Shown here: in pieces, positions 34,961 to 43,170 of the stretch
Layout: each line of letters opens with the position of its first letter
Numbering within the stretch: the stretch's first letter is position 1
Origin: Thermoanaerobaculia bacterium
GTDB taxonomy: Bacteria; Acidobacteriota; Thermoanaerobaculia; Gp7-AA8
Assembly (NCBI GenBank): GCA_035273585.1
Contig: DATEOX010000746.1
Coordinates: 1 to 57,796, forward strand
DNA length: 57,796 bases
Direction of reading: 5' to 3'
Position numbers and translations under genes: made by a program
The notes under the pieces: model-generated
Told to the model about the DNA's origin: nothing
Seen by the model: the letters and a program-made list of their open reading frames with translations, nothing else
The model's database searches: none

Positions 34961-36508
34961 ATGCCTGACTTTCAAACGTGCCGGCAGACGATGCTTCTGT
35001 ACCTCAAGGCGAGGATTCCGTTCATCTCGTTCCGTACTGATGAACGCGACCGTGCGCTTGATCTCCTGCGGCAGCTCGCGCCGCAGTTGAACATTCCGAT
35101 TTACTTTCACACGCTGTCGCAGGGAACCCGCGACATAGCGACCAGTCGCGTCGTCAATGACGACCGTTCCGTGCCGGGCGCGCTCGATTTCGCCAGCCAG
35201 CAGATCGTGCAACGGCAGAATCTGACGTTCGTTCTGACGGAGACGCAGGATCTCGGCGACGACACGCCGACAAGTCGACAGCTCCTCGATGTTGCCGCCT
35301 CGGCGACGGAACGCGGCGGGATGATCATCGTCATTACGACATCGCCGATCTGGCCGCGGCTGCAGAGGCAGGGGATGAGCCTCACTCTGGACCCGCCGCA
35401 TGAGGACGAAATGCGCGAGATCATCGCGGAGTGCCTCGCACCGTATCGCGGCGGCGTACCGATCGAATGGCAAGACGCGGAGCTGTCCGAGGCCGCCGCG
35501 ATTCTGGCGGGCGTGACGCGGGTCGAAGCGGATAACGCGATCGCTACGCTGTTGGCGAAAGGTTCGATCGCGAAAGCCGACCTCAATGAGCTGGCGAAGG
35601 TGAAGGACCGCATTTTCTCCGACATCTCCGGCTTGGAGCGGGTAACGGTGGCGCCGGGTGACGTGTCGATCGGTGGTCTCTCCGGCCTGCGCGCATGGCT
35701 CGACAAGCAGCGGCCGCTGTTGACGATGGATCTGCGCGACCGCGGGCTCCGTCCGCCGCGCGGCGTGTTGCTCGTCGGTGTTCCCGGTTGCGGAAAGTCG
35801 CTGTCGGCGAAGGCGATCGCGGAGAATTGGAGCCTTCCTCTCTATCGCCTCGATCTCGCGAATATTCACGGCCAATACCTCGGCCAGTCAGAGGGACGTT
35901 TGAAGGAAGCGCTGGCGACGGCTGATCGCGTAGCGCCGTGTGTTCTGTGGATCGACGAGATCGAAAAAGGCCTGGCAGGGTCGGGCGGGAGCGACGGCGG
36001 AACGTCGTCGCGCATCGTCGGACATTTTCTTTATTGGCTGCAGGAAGGCCGCGCCCGCGTGTTCGTGGTGAGCACGGCGAACGACATTACGAAGCTCCCG
36101 CCGGAGCTGTTCCGCCGCGGACGATTCGATGAGCTGTTTTTCGTCGATCTGCCGACCGTGGCGGAGCGCACGGAGATCATCGCGCTGTACCTCCGAAAGC
36201 ACCTGAGGCGGACGTTCGACGACACCCTCGTCGCCGACCTCGTGAACCTCTCCGAAGGCTTCGCCGGAAGCGATCTCCAGGCCGCGGTCGCCGAGGCCGC
36301 ACGCGAGGCGGTATTGAAGGGCGACGACACGGTGGATGACGAGTATTTGCGGAAGGTGTTCCGCAACGTCGTACCACTGTCGAAAACGAATCCGGAAGCA
36401 ATCGAAAGCATCCGCGCGTGGGGACGCGAGCGCGCGGTGCCGGCGTCCGGCGTGCACGCGGCCCCAAGCGAAGGCCAGCAGCGCGCGCGGAGGTCGGTGC
36501 TGGTGTGA
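34961..36508 (+). CDS. Operon 2 gene 5: AAA+ ATPase, classic clade, Ycf46-like (degenerate N-domain plus one active AAA module)
   Basis: Walker A GVPGCGKS (35777-35800), Walker B VLWIDEIE (35942-35965), VSTANDITKLPPELFRRGRFDELFFVDLP (second region of homology). Overall length and layout match the Ycf46-type ATPases as I recall them. Confidence 0.85.
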   Translation: MPDFQTCRQTMLLYLKARIPFISFRTDERDRALDLLRQLAPQLNIPIYFHTLSQGTRDIATSRVVNDDRSVPGALDFASQQIVQRQNLTFVLTETQDLGDDTPTSRQLLDVAASATERGGMIIVITTSPIWPRLQRQGMSLTLDPPHEDEMREIIAECLAPYRGGVPIEWQDAELSEAAAILAGVTRVEADNAIATLLAKGSIAKADLNELAKVKDRIFSDISGLERVTVAPGDVSIGGLSGLRAWLDKQRPLLTMDLRDRGLRPPRGVLLVGVPGCGKSLSAKAIAENWSLPLYRLDLANIHGQYLGQSEGRLKEALATADRVAPCVLWIDEIEKGLAGSGGSDGGTSSRIVGHFLYWLQEGRARVFVVSTANDITKLPPELFRRGRFDELFFVDLPTVAERTEIIALYLRKHLRRTFDDTLVADLVNLSEGFAGSDLQAAVAEAAREAVLKGDDTVDDEYLRKVFRNVVPLSKTNPEAIESIRAWGRERAVPASGVHAAPSEGQQRARRSVLV

Positions 36509-36540
36509 GGCGATGTCGCTTGGCGGAGGACTGAGCGGCA

Positions 36541-36930
36541 TTACGGATTCTCCTCAAAGACGCGGCCCGCGAGGGGCAGCGCTGAATTCGCCGTCGGCCA
36601 CCCGGAGTAGAAGGCGAGGTGCGTGATCGTTTCGATCAGCTCGTCCTTCGTCACCGCCGTTGTCGAGCGCTCGCTTCAGATGGAACGGAAGCTCGTTCGT
36701 CCTGTATCCGGCGACGAGCGCCGCGACCGTGACGAGACTCAGATCGCGCGGAAGGCTGTGGCACGCGGAGCGCGCGCCGGGCTCGAACGTCACAGACCCT
36801 CCGGCGGATCGCGTCGCCTCCGTCGCGTCGCAGAGGGGAGTGATGCGAACGGCCGGTGAAGGTTGCGGCCGACCCCTGCTGACGGCGCGCCAGCCGCTTC
36901 GCATGATGACGTTGTTTGCGCATCTACCGT
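36541..36930 (-). pseudogene. Mosaic remnant: cupin N-terminal fragment joined to a carboxymuconolactone-decarboxylase-family C-terminal fragment, with frameshifts
   Basis: FTGR... / VRITPLCDATEATRSAGGSVTFEPGARSA (cupin-like), then LVTVAALVAGYRTNELPFHLKRALDNG | VTKDELIETITHLAFYSGWPTANSAL (CMD-like; needs a 1-nt correction near 36655). Confidence 0.5.
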
Positions 36931-37172
36931 GGTGGCGGAAATCGCGGCGATCAAGCAGGCAATGCAGCGCGAGCTCGAACGCCATCGCAACGTTGCCGGC
37001 TCGAAGCTAGAGGAGTTGCAGAGCTCATGAAGAAGCAGGCCGCACAACGATGGCACGTGCCGCTGTTCGAGCCTCGCCGCTACTCGTCCTCGCCATGATT
37101 CTCGTCAGCCGCGAGATACGACCAAACGAGGTCCGGGATTGGAGGGGGTAGCGTATGGAAGCGGAGGACGCG

Positions 37173-37934
37173 CTAGCGCCGTTCGATCGGTGCTTCGACG
37201 ATCTTGGTGATCGTGCCGACGAGGAACCACTCACTGCGATGGCCGAGCCGAACGGGGTCGTAATCGGGGTTGTGCTTGTCGAGCACGACCTGCCCTTTCG
37301 ACTCCTCGCGCCAGTAGCCGATCATGCCGCCTTCCGCGCGTACGTAAACCGCAACGACGTCACGGTCGCGCGGGCTCTGCAGGCGCGTGTCGACGAGGAC
37401 CTTGTAGCCACTCTGGAAGAAGTCCGCCATCGAATCGCCGATCACCCGGATCACCTGCAGCGCACCGTTGCGCACGTCGCGAATCGAATGGAGCACCTCA
37501 GTCGTGAGGAGCGGCCGGTCGGCTTCGATACCTGATGAGCCGGCGGCTGCCGGCATGTCCGGGACGACCCAGGCGTGCAGTGCTTGTGGGAAATCGAATT
37601 CGCGCTCGATGAATCGCTCGGGGCGGATAGGGAAGCGGTATTCAGGCACGGACCGCGGCTCGTCGAGCGTGTCGAGGCTGAGACGCTGGCGAAGGAATTC
37701 GACCCAGTCGCGGATCCTGCGGCGGTCGCTGATCGTGATGTCCAGCGTGACTTCGCCGAGAAGATCGCTCACCGTGGTGTCGAGGCTTTCGGCAATTCGC
37801 TTGACGGTGAAGACGCTCGGCTCGGCCGCGGGGCCTCGCTGCTTCTGCTCCGCGCGCTTGCGATACGGCTCGTAGTCCGGATCGTTTTCGAGGATCCGCG
37901 AGATTTGCGTTGTCTTTCTTGAACGCGGCGGCAT
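37173..37934 (-). CDS. Phage-type repressor: HTH plus S24 (LexA/CI-like) peptidase domain
   Basis: 253 aa. FTVKRIAESLDTTVSDLLGE helix-turn-helix-like segment. VIRVIGDSMADFFQSGYKVLVD is the S24 Ser motif. Confidence 0.75.
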   Translation of the reverse strand: MPPRSRKTTQISRILENDPDYEPYRKRAEQKQRGPAAEPSVFTVKRIAESLDTTVSDLLGEVTLDITISDRRRIRDWVEFLRQRLSLDTLDEPRSVPEYRFPIRPERFIEREFDFPQALHAWVVPDMPAAAGSSGIEADRPLLTTEVLHSIRDVRNGALQVIRVIGDSMADFFQSGYKVLVDTRLQSPRDRDVVAVYVRAEGGMIGYWREESKGQVVLDKHNPDYDPVRLGHRSEWFLVGTITKIVEAPIERR

Positions 37935-38174
37935 TTACGACCTCCCACTCGCGCATGCGGCGGTGGATTGCCCGTGCGAGGGCGATCATTTCCGGCCGTC
38001 GGCCCCGCATCGGACATGACTCCGATAGGTTACTTATCATTCGATACGAGCCTGCGAGGATCTTCTGATCAAAGGGCGCGCGATGTCATCGGCTTCGTAG
38101 CATTCGCGATGAAGTGCATGACTGGAACGTATACGTTTCTTGAATCGGCCGCGGTCTCGGTGCACGTTGCCGGC

Positions 38175-38375
38175 ATGAGGTTACACCACTGGGAGCGCCG
38201 CACGATCACGCTCGTCCTGCTCACAGCGCTCGGCGCGCTCCTCGTCCACGAACGCAACCCACCGACCCTCGCCATCGCCCTCTCCGCCGTCGGCGCGCTT
38301 CTCGCGCGGATCATCGCGTTCTACTTCCCACGACCGCGCGGAGGAAGAAAAAAGCCGCCCGAGGCCGGCTGGTGA
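38175..38375 (+). CDS. Small two-TM membrane protein
   Basis: MRLHHWERRTITLVLLTALGALLV...LAIALSAVGALLARIIAFYF. Strongly GC-rich third positions, divergent from the repressor. No homology recognised. Confidence 0.45.
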   Translation: MRLHHWERRTITLVLLTALGALLVHERNPPTLAIALSAVGALLARIIAFYFPRPRGGRKKPPEAGW

Positions 38376-39040
38376 GTGGCTTGGAAGGGTCGGGCGGCCG
38401 GGGCTCGCTCGCGCGACCTTCCCGTTGACAGGGTGGATTTCGCGCTCGGCCACTATAGGCGAGCGGTTGCCGACGGAGTTGACGACCCTTCGCGCGACGG
38501 ATTTGAACCGATCGTAACAATCGTGAACGAAGTTCGCAGACATGCGCTCAGGCCGCGATCGTTTCGGCTGCAGAACCGCCGAAGGCCCCAGCGTCGGGCT
38601 GAGACGGTGGGGTCGTCGCTTTTCTGCGCGTGTCCGCCACTGGCTCGTGAAGCACGGTTCGACATTAGTGAGGTCTACGTCGAAGTCGCAGCCGGCGCTG
38701 ATCCTGACCAACCACGCCGCGCAGATCACGAAGGTTTTGGAGTCGCGCCCGGCATGTGCCGCGCGCAGGGCAATGGCGTACACCTCCGGCTGTGCGCCGT
38801 TCGCGCTGCCAGCGCCGCAGCACGCGCCTTTGCCGCGCGCTCTTTTCGTGACATCACTCGCTCCGCAGTTTCGAGACCGTCGGTGCTCGATTCCGCCGCC
38901 GCTTTGACGCTATTTCTTTTGCGTGGAACGCTCGCTCCGGTCTGTATCGCGCGCTTTTGCGGCGGTCCGTGCTGGGTTTCGCGTCCGAGAATCGCGACCT
39001 TACGAGTCAGCTTGCGAGTAACAAATTTTAAGCGAACCCA

Positions 39041-39071
39041 CTGAAAACACGAAAGCCGCCAAGTGGCGGCT
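39041..39071 (-). terminator. Rho-independent terminator downstream of the tRNA-Asp remnant
   Basis: On the minus strand: AGCCGCC-ACTT-GGCGGCT hairpin (39054-39071) followed by TTCGTGTTTT. Confidence 0.6.
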
Positions 39072-39087
39072 GGTGAGCACTTTAATT

Positions 39088-39145
39088 TGGCGGGGCCGAG
39101 GGGGCTCGAACCCGCGACCTCCAGCGTGACAGGCCGGAGGGCTAG
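39088..39145 (-). pseudogene. tRNA-Asp (GTC) 3' fragment: anticodon arm, T-arm, acceptor 3' strand, CCA; 5' half absent
   Basis: Reverse complement ...CCGGC-CTGTCAC-GCTGG-AGGTC-GCGGG-TTCGAGC-CCCCT-CGGCCCC-G-CCA closely parallels E. coli tRNA-Asp. One T-stem mismatch (C-C). No GGGGCCG acceptor 5' strand or canonical D-arm upstream. Confidence 0.7.
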
Positions 39146-39368
39146 TGCGCGGAACTCTTCGTGCTCTCGGAAAGCGTTCGAAAAGTCTACGAGCAGTGGT
39201 CGTTAAGGTGCTGATTCCGAGGAGCTTAGCGGCGAAATTCGCGGACCTTGCGACTCACCTTGCGACTCGGAAATCGGCTCCGTTCGTGAGCGAAGTTCGC
39301 GCGTGGAACACTGCGGGATGGCGTGGAACATTCGTGCGGGCGGTGCGCGGACCGCGCCGCGCGGTGCC

Positions 39369-39782
39369 TCAGAAGTACGCGGCGAGGCCGAACGTTGGGA
39401 GTTTGTTCGCGAGCTTGCGGTCGAAGGTGGCGACGGCGTCGTATCGGTTCGTGATCGCGAGGGCGACGACGGCGGCGTCGGTGACGCCGGCGAGGGGATC
39501 GGGCCAGAGCTCCAGCACGCGCTTCCACGGGCAGTCATCGACGATCTGCATGCCGGGGAACTTGGTCACGGCGTCGACGACGGTTGCGGCTTGCCGCGAG
39601 GTGAGGCAGTACTGGCTCTGCAGGACGTACACGATTTCGAAGACGATCGACTGCGGGATGACGCCGGCGATCTCGCTTTCTTCGGCGGCGGTGAGGAGCG
39701 CGAGCGCGGCTTCCTGCTGCGCTTTGTTTCGCTCGACGAAGAAGGAGACGAGGACGTTCGCGTCCGCTACGACGCTGCGCAC
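39369..39782 (-). CDS. vapC: PIN-domain toxin VapC
   Basis: GTG start 1 nt after the vapB stop. VVADANVLVSFF (first acidic residue)...FEIVYVL...TDAAVVALA...ATFD. Confidence 0.8.
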   Translation of the reverse strand: MRSVVADANVLVSFFVERNKAQQEAALALLTAAEESEIAGVIPQSIVFEIVYVLQSQYCLTSRQAATVVDAVTKFPGMQIVDDCPWKRVLELWPDPLAGVTDAAVVALAITNRYDAVATFDRKLANKLPTFGLAAYF

Positions 39783-39783
39783 G

Positions 39784-40029
39784 TCAGACGCGCCCGCGCG
39801 TCTTCCGCGCTTCGGCGACGGCGGTGAGCGCGTCGGGGCCGTGCTTGATGAAGCCTTGCAGGGCGTAGAGCGCCGGGCGTTCGGTGGTGATCGCGACTTT
39901 GCTGCCGCGCACTTCCCAACGCAGTTTCGTGCCGGGCTCCAGGTCGAGCGCTTCGCGTACTTCCTTCGGGACGGTCGTTTGTCCCTTGCTGGTCATGGTC
40001 GAGACGGGCATTTGCTTCTCCTTACGCAT
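39784..40029 (-). CDS. vapB: AbrB/SpoVT-type antitoxin VapB
   Basis: MTSKGQTTVPKEVREALDLEPGTKLRWEV is the swapped-hairpin AbrB-like motif. Immediately upstream of vapC. Confidence 0.8.
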   Translation of the reverse strand: MRKEKQMPVSTMTSKGQTTVPKEVREALDLEPGTKLRWEVRGSKVAITTERPALYALQGFIKHGPDALTAVAEARKTRGRV

Positions 40030-40065
40030 TGTATCGCACGTAAGGATACACGGCGGCGGGCGCTG

Positions 40066-40320
40066 TTATTTCGGCAGCAGCGACGCGAGATCGCTTTCGT
40101 CAAGGATCGAGACGAGCTTCGCAACTTTGCAATCGAGCGCCACGGCAAGACGAACGAGTGTGATGAGGGTAGGCGACATCTGCCCGAGCTCGATCGCGCT
40201 TACGTGCGTTTGCGGGATGCCGGCTGCTGCCGCAAGCGCCTGCTGCGTTAGCTTCCGCTTCGCGTGCATCTCACGCACGCGCTGGCCAAGGAGCACGGCG
40301 GCCGGTGTCGAGTCCTTCAC
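40066..40320 (-). CDS. XRE-family helix-turn-helix protein
   Basis: LGQRVREMHAKRKLTQQALAAAAGIPQTHVSAIELGQMSPTLITLVRLAVAL. Confidence 0.75.
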   Translation of the reverse strand: MKDSTPAAVLLGQRVREMHAKRKLTQQALAAAAGIPQTHVSAIELGQMSPTLITLVRLAVALDCKVAKLVSILDESDLASLLPK

Positions 40321-40439
40321 CGGGCGCTAATCGCCTTGACTCTTGAAGGTGCGCAGAAAGAATACCGTTGGTGAATGCGGCCCGAATGCGTCCATGCTTC
40401 ATGGAGACAAATGTGATGTTGCTCTCGACGGCGTCGCCG

Positions 40440-41104
40440 AGGTAGGCGAGATCGATAACCGGTCCCTCATAGGTCTTCTCAGGGACGTTGATGACCGGTG
40501 GCAGTCCGGGAGCCGCTTTCCCGACCGCACGCACGCGATACTTCACATGGACATCGCCGGGACGGCGTACGGTATCCCTCCGCTTGCGGACAGTGAGGTC
40601 GCGCCACATGAGCTTCTGAACCGGCCAGACGCTCGTGCTCGCCAGAGGTGCGCCGAGGCATTAATGGATCCCGTGGCCGAACGCGAGGTGCCGGTTGGGC
40701 CGCCGCTCGACATCGAACCGATCGGCGGCGGTGAACGTCGCGTCGTCGCGGTCGGCGGAGGCGAGGACGACATAGACCAGCGCGCCCCTGGGGATCGTCG
40801 TGTTGCGTACGGTGACTTCGCTCGTGGTGTATCGTTCCGTGGCCATCTGGAGCGGGCTGCCGTACCGCAGCATCTCCTCGACCGCCGACTCGATCAGCGG
40901 GGGTCACGTCGAAGGCGATCCATCTGATCGGGGTTTCGAGCAGCGCAAGCGTGCCGTTCCCGATCAAGTTGACGGTCGTCTCATGGCCTGCGATCAGAAG
41001 CGGAAAGCACATGGCGAGCAACTCGTCTGCACTCAGATGGTCACCCGGAGGAACGACGGCGGTGACTCGGTCCGGGGAGTATGCGGCGCCGCTGCCCGTG
41101 GCCG
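40440..41104 (-). pseudogene. Cytochrome P450 remnant: N-terminal half missing, one frameshift (about 40900) and an in-frame TAA (40661-40663)
   Basis: I-helix LLIAGHETT; [11 protein letters not shown] (ExxR region) in another frame; haem loop FGHGIH-TAA-CLGAPLA, where the stop replaces the residue before the Cys ligand. Confidence 0.75.
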
Positions 41105-41111
41105 TTGCCCG

Positions 41112-42386
41112 TCATCGCGCTGCCGCTTCCGATTCGCGCCGCTCGCCCTCGCGCCGCTCCTCGCGATCGGATAGCGTTTCCGTGACCACATCACACAGCG
41201 CGCTGTCTGCGTCGTCCGTCGTGACTCGCGCGTTCGCCAGGAGAGCGCGAAGCGCGGGCGGCGCGACGAAGGTCGTGACCATCACCATCAGCGCCACGGA
41301 GCTGTACAAGCCACTCGACAGCAGGCCCGCTGACAAACCGATCTGGGCGAAGACCAGGCCGATCTCGCCGCGAGGCACCATGCCCACGCCGATGACGAGC
41401 TTTCGCAGCGGACGCCCGAACGCGGCGTATCCTGCCAGCAGCTTCCCCACGACGGCGACGAGCGTGAGAAGAATCCCGACGATGAAATACGGCCGCGTGG
41501 CCTCGTCGAACGGGCTGATGGCCTTCAGGTCTACGGCCACTCCGACCGAAACGAAGAAGATCGGAATGAAAAACTGCGCGACGTCGTAGATCTCGTGTTC
41601 GATGTCTCGGGCGTGATCGGTTCGTGCCAGCACGAGGCCGGCGGCAAATGTGCCGATGATCAGCGCCGATCCCGCGAGGTCGGCGAGGTACGCCATTCCG
41701 AGCGCGAACATCAAGGATGTGAAGAACAGCGCTTTTCGTACGCGCAGCCGCGTGATGAGACCGATCAACCGCGGCGCCAAGACGGAACCGATGACGATGG
41801 CCGCTGCCACGAAACCGAACGCGAGGCCGAAGATCTTCGTGACGCCCATGACCGTGAGCTTTTCGCCCGCCGCGATCGCGCTGACGACGGTCAGAAGCAG
41901 CAGGCCGAGGACGTCGTCGAGGACCGCCGCGCCGAGGATGACCTGCGACTCGTCCGACTTGAGATGGCCGAGGTCGGAGAGCACGCGCGCCGTGATGCCC
42001 ACCGAAGTCGCCGTCAGCGCCGCGCCGAGGAAGATGGCCACCGTCGTCGGGTAGTTCAGGAGGCGGCCCACGCCGAATCCCGCCGCGAACGGCAGCACCA
42101 CGCCGACCACGGCGACGGCCGTGGACGCGCCACCGACCGACATCAGCCGGCGAATGTTGGTCTCGAGTCCGATCAGGAAGAGGAGAAGCAGTACGCCCAA
42201 CTCCGCCAGCAGGTGCAGCACGGGGCTGTGCGCATCGACGAGATGCAAACCCGAAACGCCGACGACGATGCCGCCGATCATCTCGCCGAGAACTGCCGGC
42301 TGGCCGATTCGTTCGGCGAGCTCGCCGAACAGCCTCGCAGCCGCAAAGATCGCCAGTAGCGCGATCAGGAATTGAAACGTCTCCAC
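41112..42386 (-). CDS. Cation:proton antiporter (CPA2/Kef-type Na+/H+ exchanger family)
   Basis: 424 aa. METFQFLIALLAIFAAARLFGELAERIGQPAVLGEMIGGIVVG is typical of the family. About 12 TM. Confidence 0.88.
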   Translation of the reverse strand: METFQFLIALLAIFAAARLFGELAERIGQPAVLGEMIGGIVVGVSGLHLVDAHSPVLHLLAELGVLLLLFLIGLETNIRRLMSVGGASTAVAVVGVVLPFAAGFGVGRLLNYPTTVAIFLGAALTATSVGITARVLSDLGHLKSDESQVILGAAVLDDVLGLLLLTVVSAIAAGEKLTVMGVTKIFGLAFGFVAAAIVIGSVLAPRLIGLITRLRVRKALFFTSLMFALGMAYLADLAGSALIIGTFAAGLVLARTDHARDIEHEIYDVAQFFIPIFFVSVGVAVDLKAISPFDEATRPYFIVGILLTLVAVVGKLLAGYAAFGRPLRKLVIGVGMVPRGEIGLVFAQIGLSAGLLSSGLYSSVALMVMVTTFVAPPALRALLANARVTTDDADSALCDVVTETLSDREERREGERRESEAAAR

Positions 42387-42529
42387 GGGCAGCCTCCAAC
42401 GCAGAACTCAATCGGAAGATCACCTTCCGATCCAAGCGGCGGCCCGACCGCTCAGTGTTCCTGCGAGAAGGTTCTTCTCGCACCCGATGGGCGCCATTCC
42501 AGGCGCGTTCGAGATTGCCCCTGCGCACA

Positions 42530-43170
42530 TCACGCCAAGCCGTGATCGCGCGCGTAGTTCATCAGCGCGTAACGCCCGTCGATGCGCAACTTTTCGTAGA
42601 TGCTGTGCAAGTGAAACTTCACCGTTCCTTCGGTGAGGTCGAGCCGCGCCGCGATCTCCTTGTTCCGCATCCCGCGGCCACCATCCGGGCCACCTCCAGT
42701 TCGCGCGCGGTGAGCGTCGACGATACGGCGGCGACGGCTTGCTCGCGTTGCAGCACCAGGCGGAGAGCACCGGCAATCGCTTTTCCGTTCCAGCTCTGTT
42801 CGCCGTTCGCGACCTGGCGCACGCTCTGAACCAGCAAAAGAGGGGCGGACTCTTTCAGCATCAGCCCACATGCGCCGAGGCGGAACGCTTCCAACAGCCG
42901 TGCATCGTCCAGTGATGCGGTGAGCAGGACGACCTTGGTCGGAGATTGCCTTTCGTGGAGCCTGCGCAGCAATCCGATTCCGTCCAGCTCCGGCATGCGG
43001 ACGTCGAGCACGAGCACATCCGGCCGATACTTCTCGACCGCGGCGAAAGCCTCTTCGCCGTTCGCGCAGCGCGCCACGATCTCGCAATCAGGCTCGCCTC
43101 GAAAGAGCTGATCGAGTCCGTCGAGAATGAATGGATGATCGTCCGCCACGACGATGCGAATGGGCATCAT
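42530..43170 (-). pseudogene. NarL/LuxR-family response regulator with a frameshift near 42665
   Basis: REC (IRIVVADDHPF...DVLVLDVRMPELDG), then LTARELEVARMVAAG | RNKEIAARLDLTEGTVKFHLHSIYEKL in a different frame (one G missing in a G-run). Confidence 0.75.

Noticed and set aside
38376-39044. ORFs in the 38.4-39.0 kb gap (38376-39044+, 38181-38783-, and a possible MSRKERAAKARAAALAA... start near 38860 on the minus strand).
   Set aside because: The plus-strand ORF is Arg-rich shadow. The minus-strand reading has partly coding-like third positions but needs a frameshift, overlaps the better small TM gene and matches no family I recognise. It is left uncalled as a possible decayed gene.
40271-40609. 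112-aa ORF upstream of the XRE gene, considered as a HigB/RelE-like toxin partner.
   Set aside because: Its N-terminal part is in the same frame as the P450 haem loop (FGHGIH-TAA-CLGAPLA...). It is therefore the read-through tail of the P450 pseudogene. It has no toxin motifs and would overlap the XRE gene by 50 nt.
42461-42481. Perfect 8-bp hairpin GCGAGAAG-GTT-CTTCTCGC between the regulator pseudogene and the antiporter gene, considered as a terminator.
   Set aside because: No T-run follows on either strand, so the evidence is insufficient for a terminator or riboswitch call.
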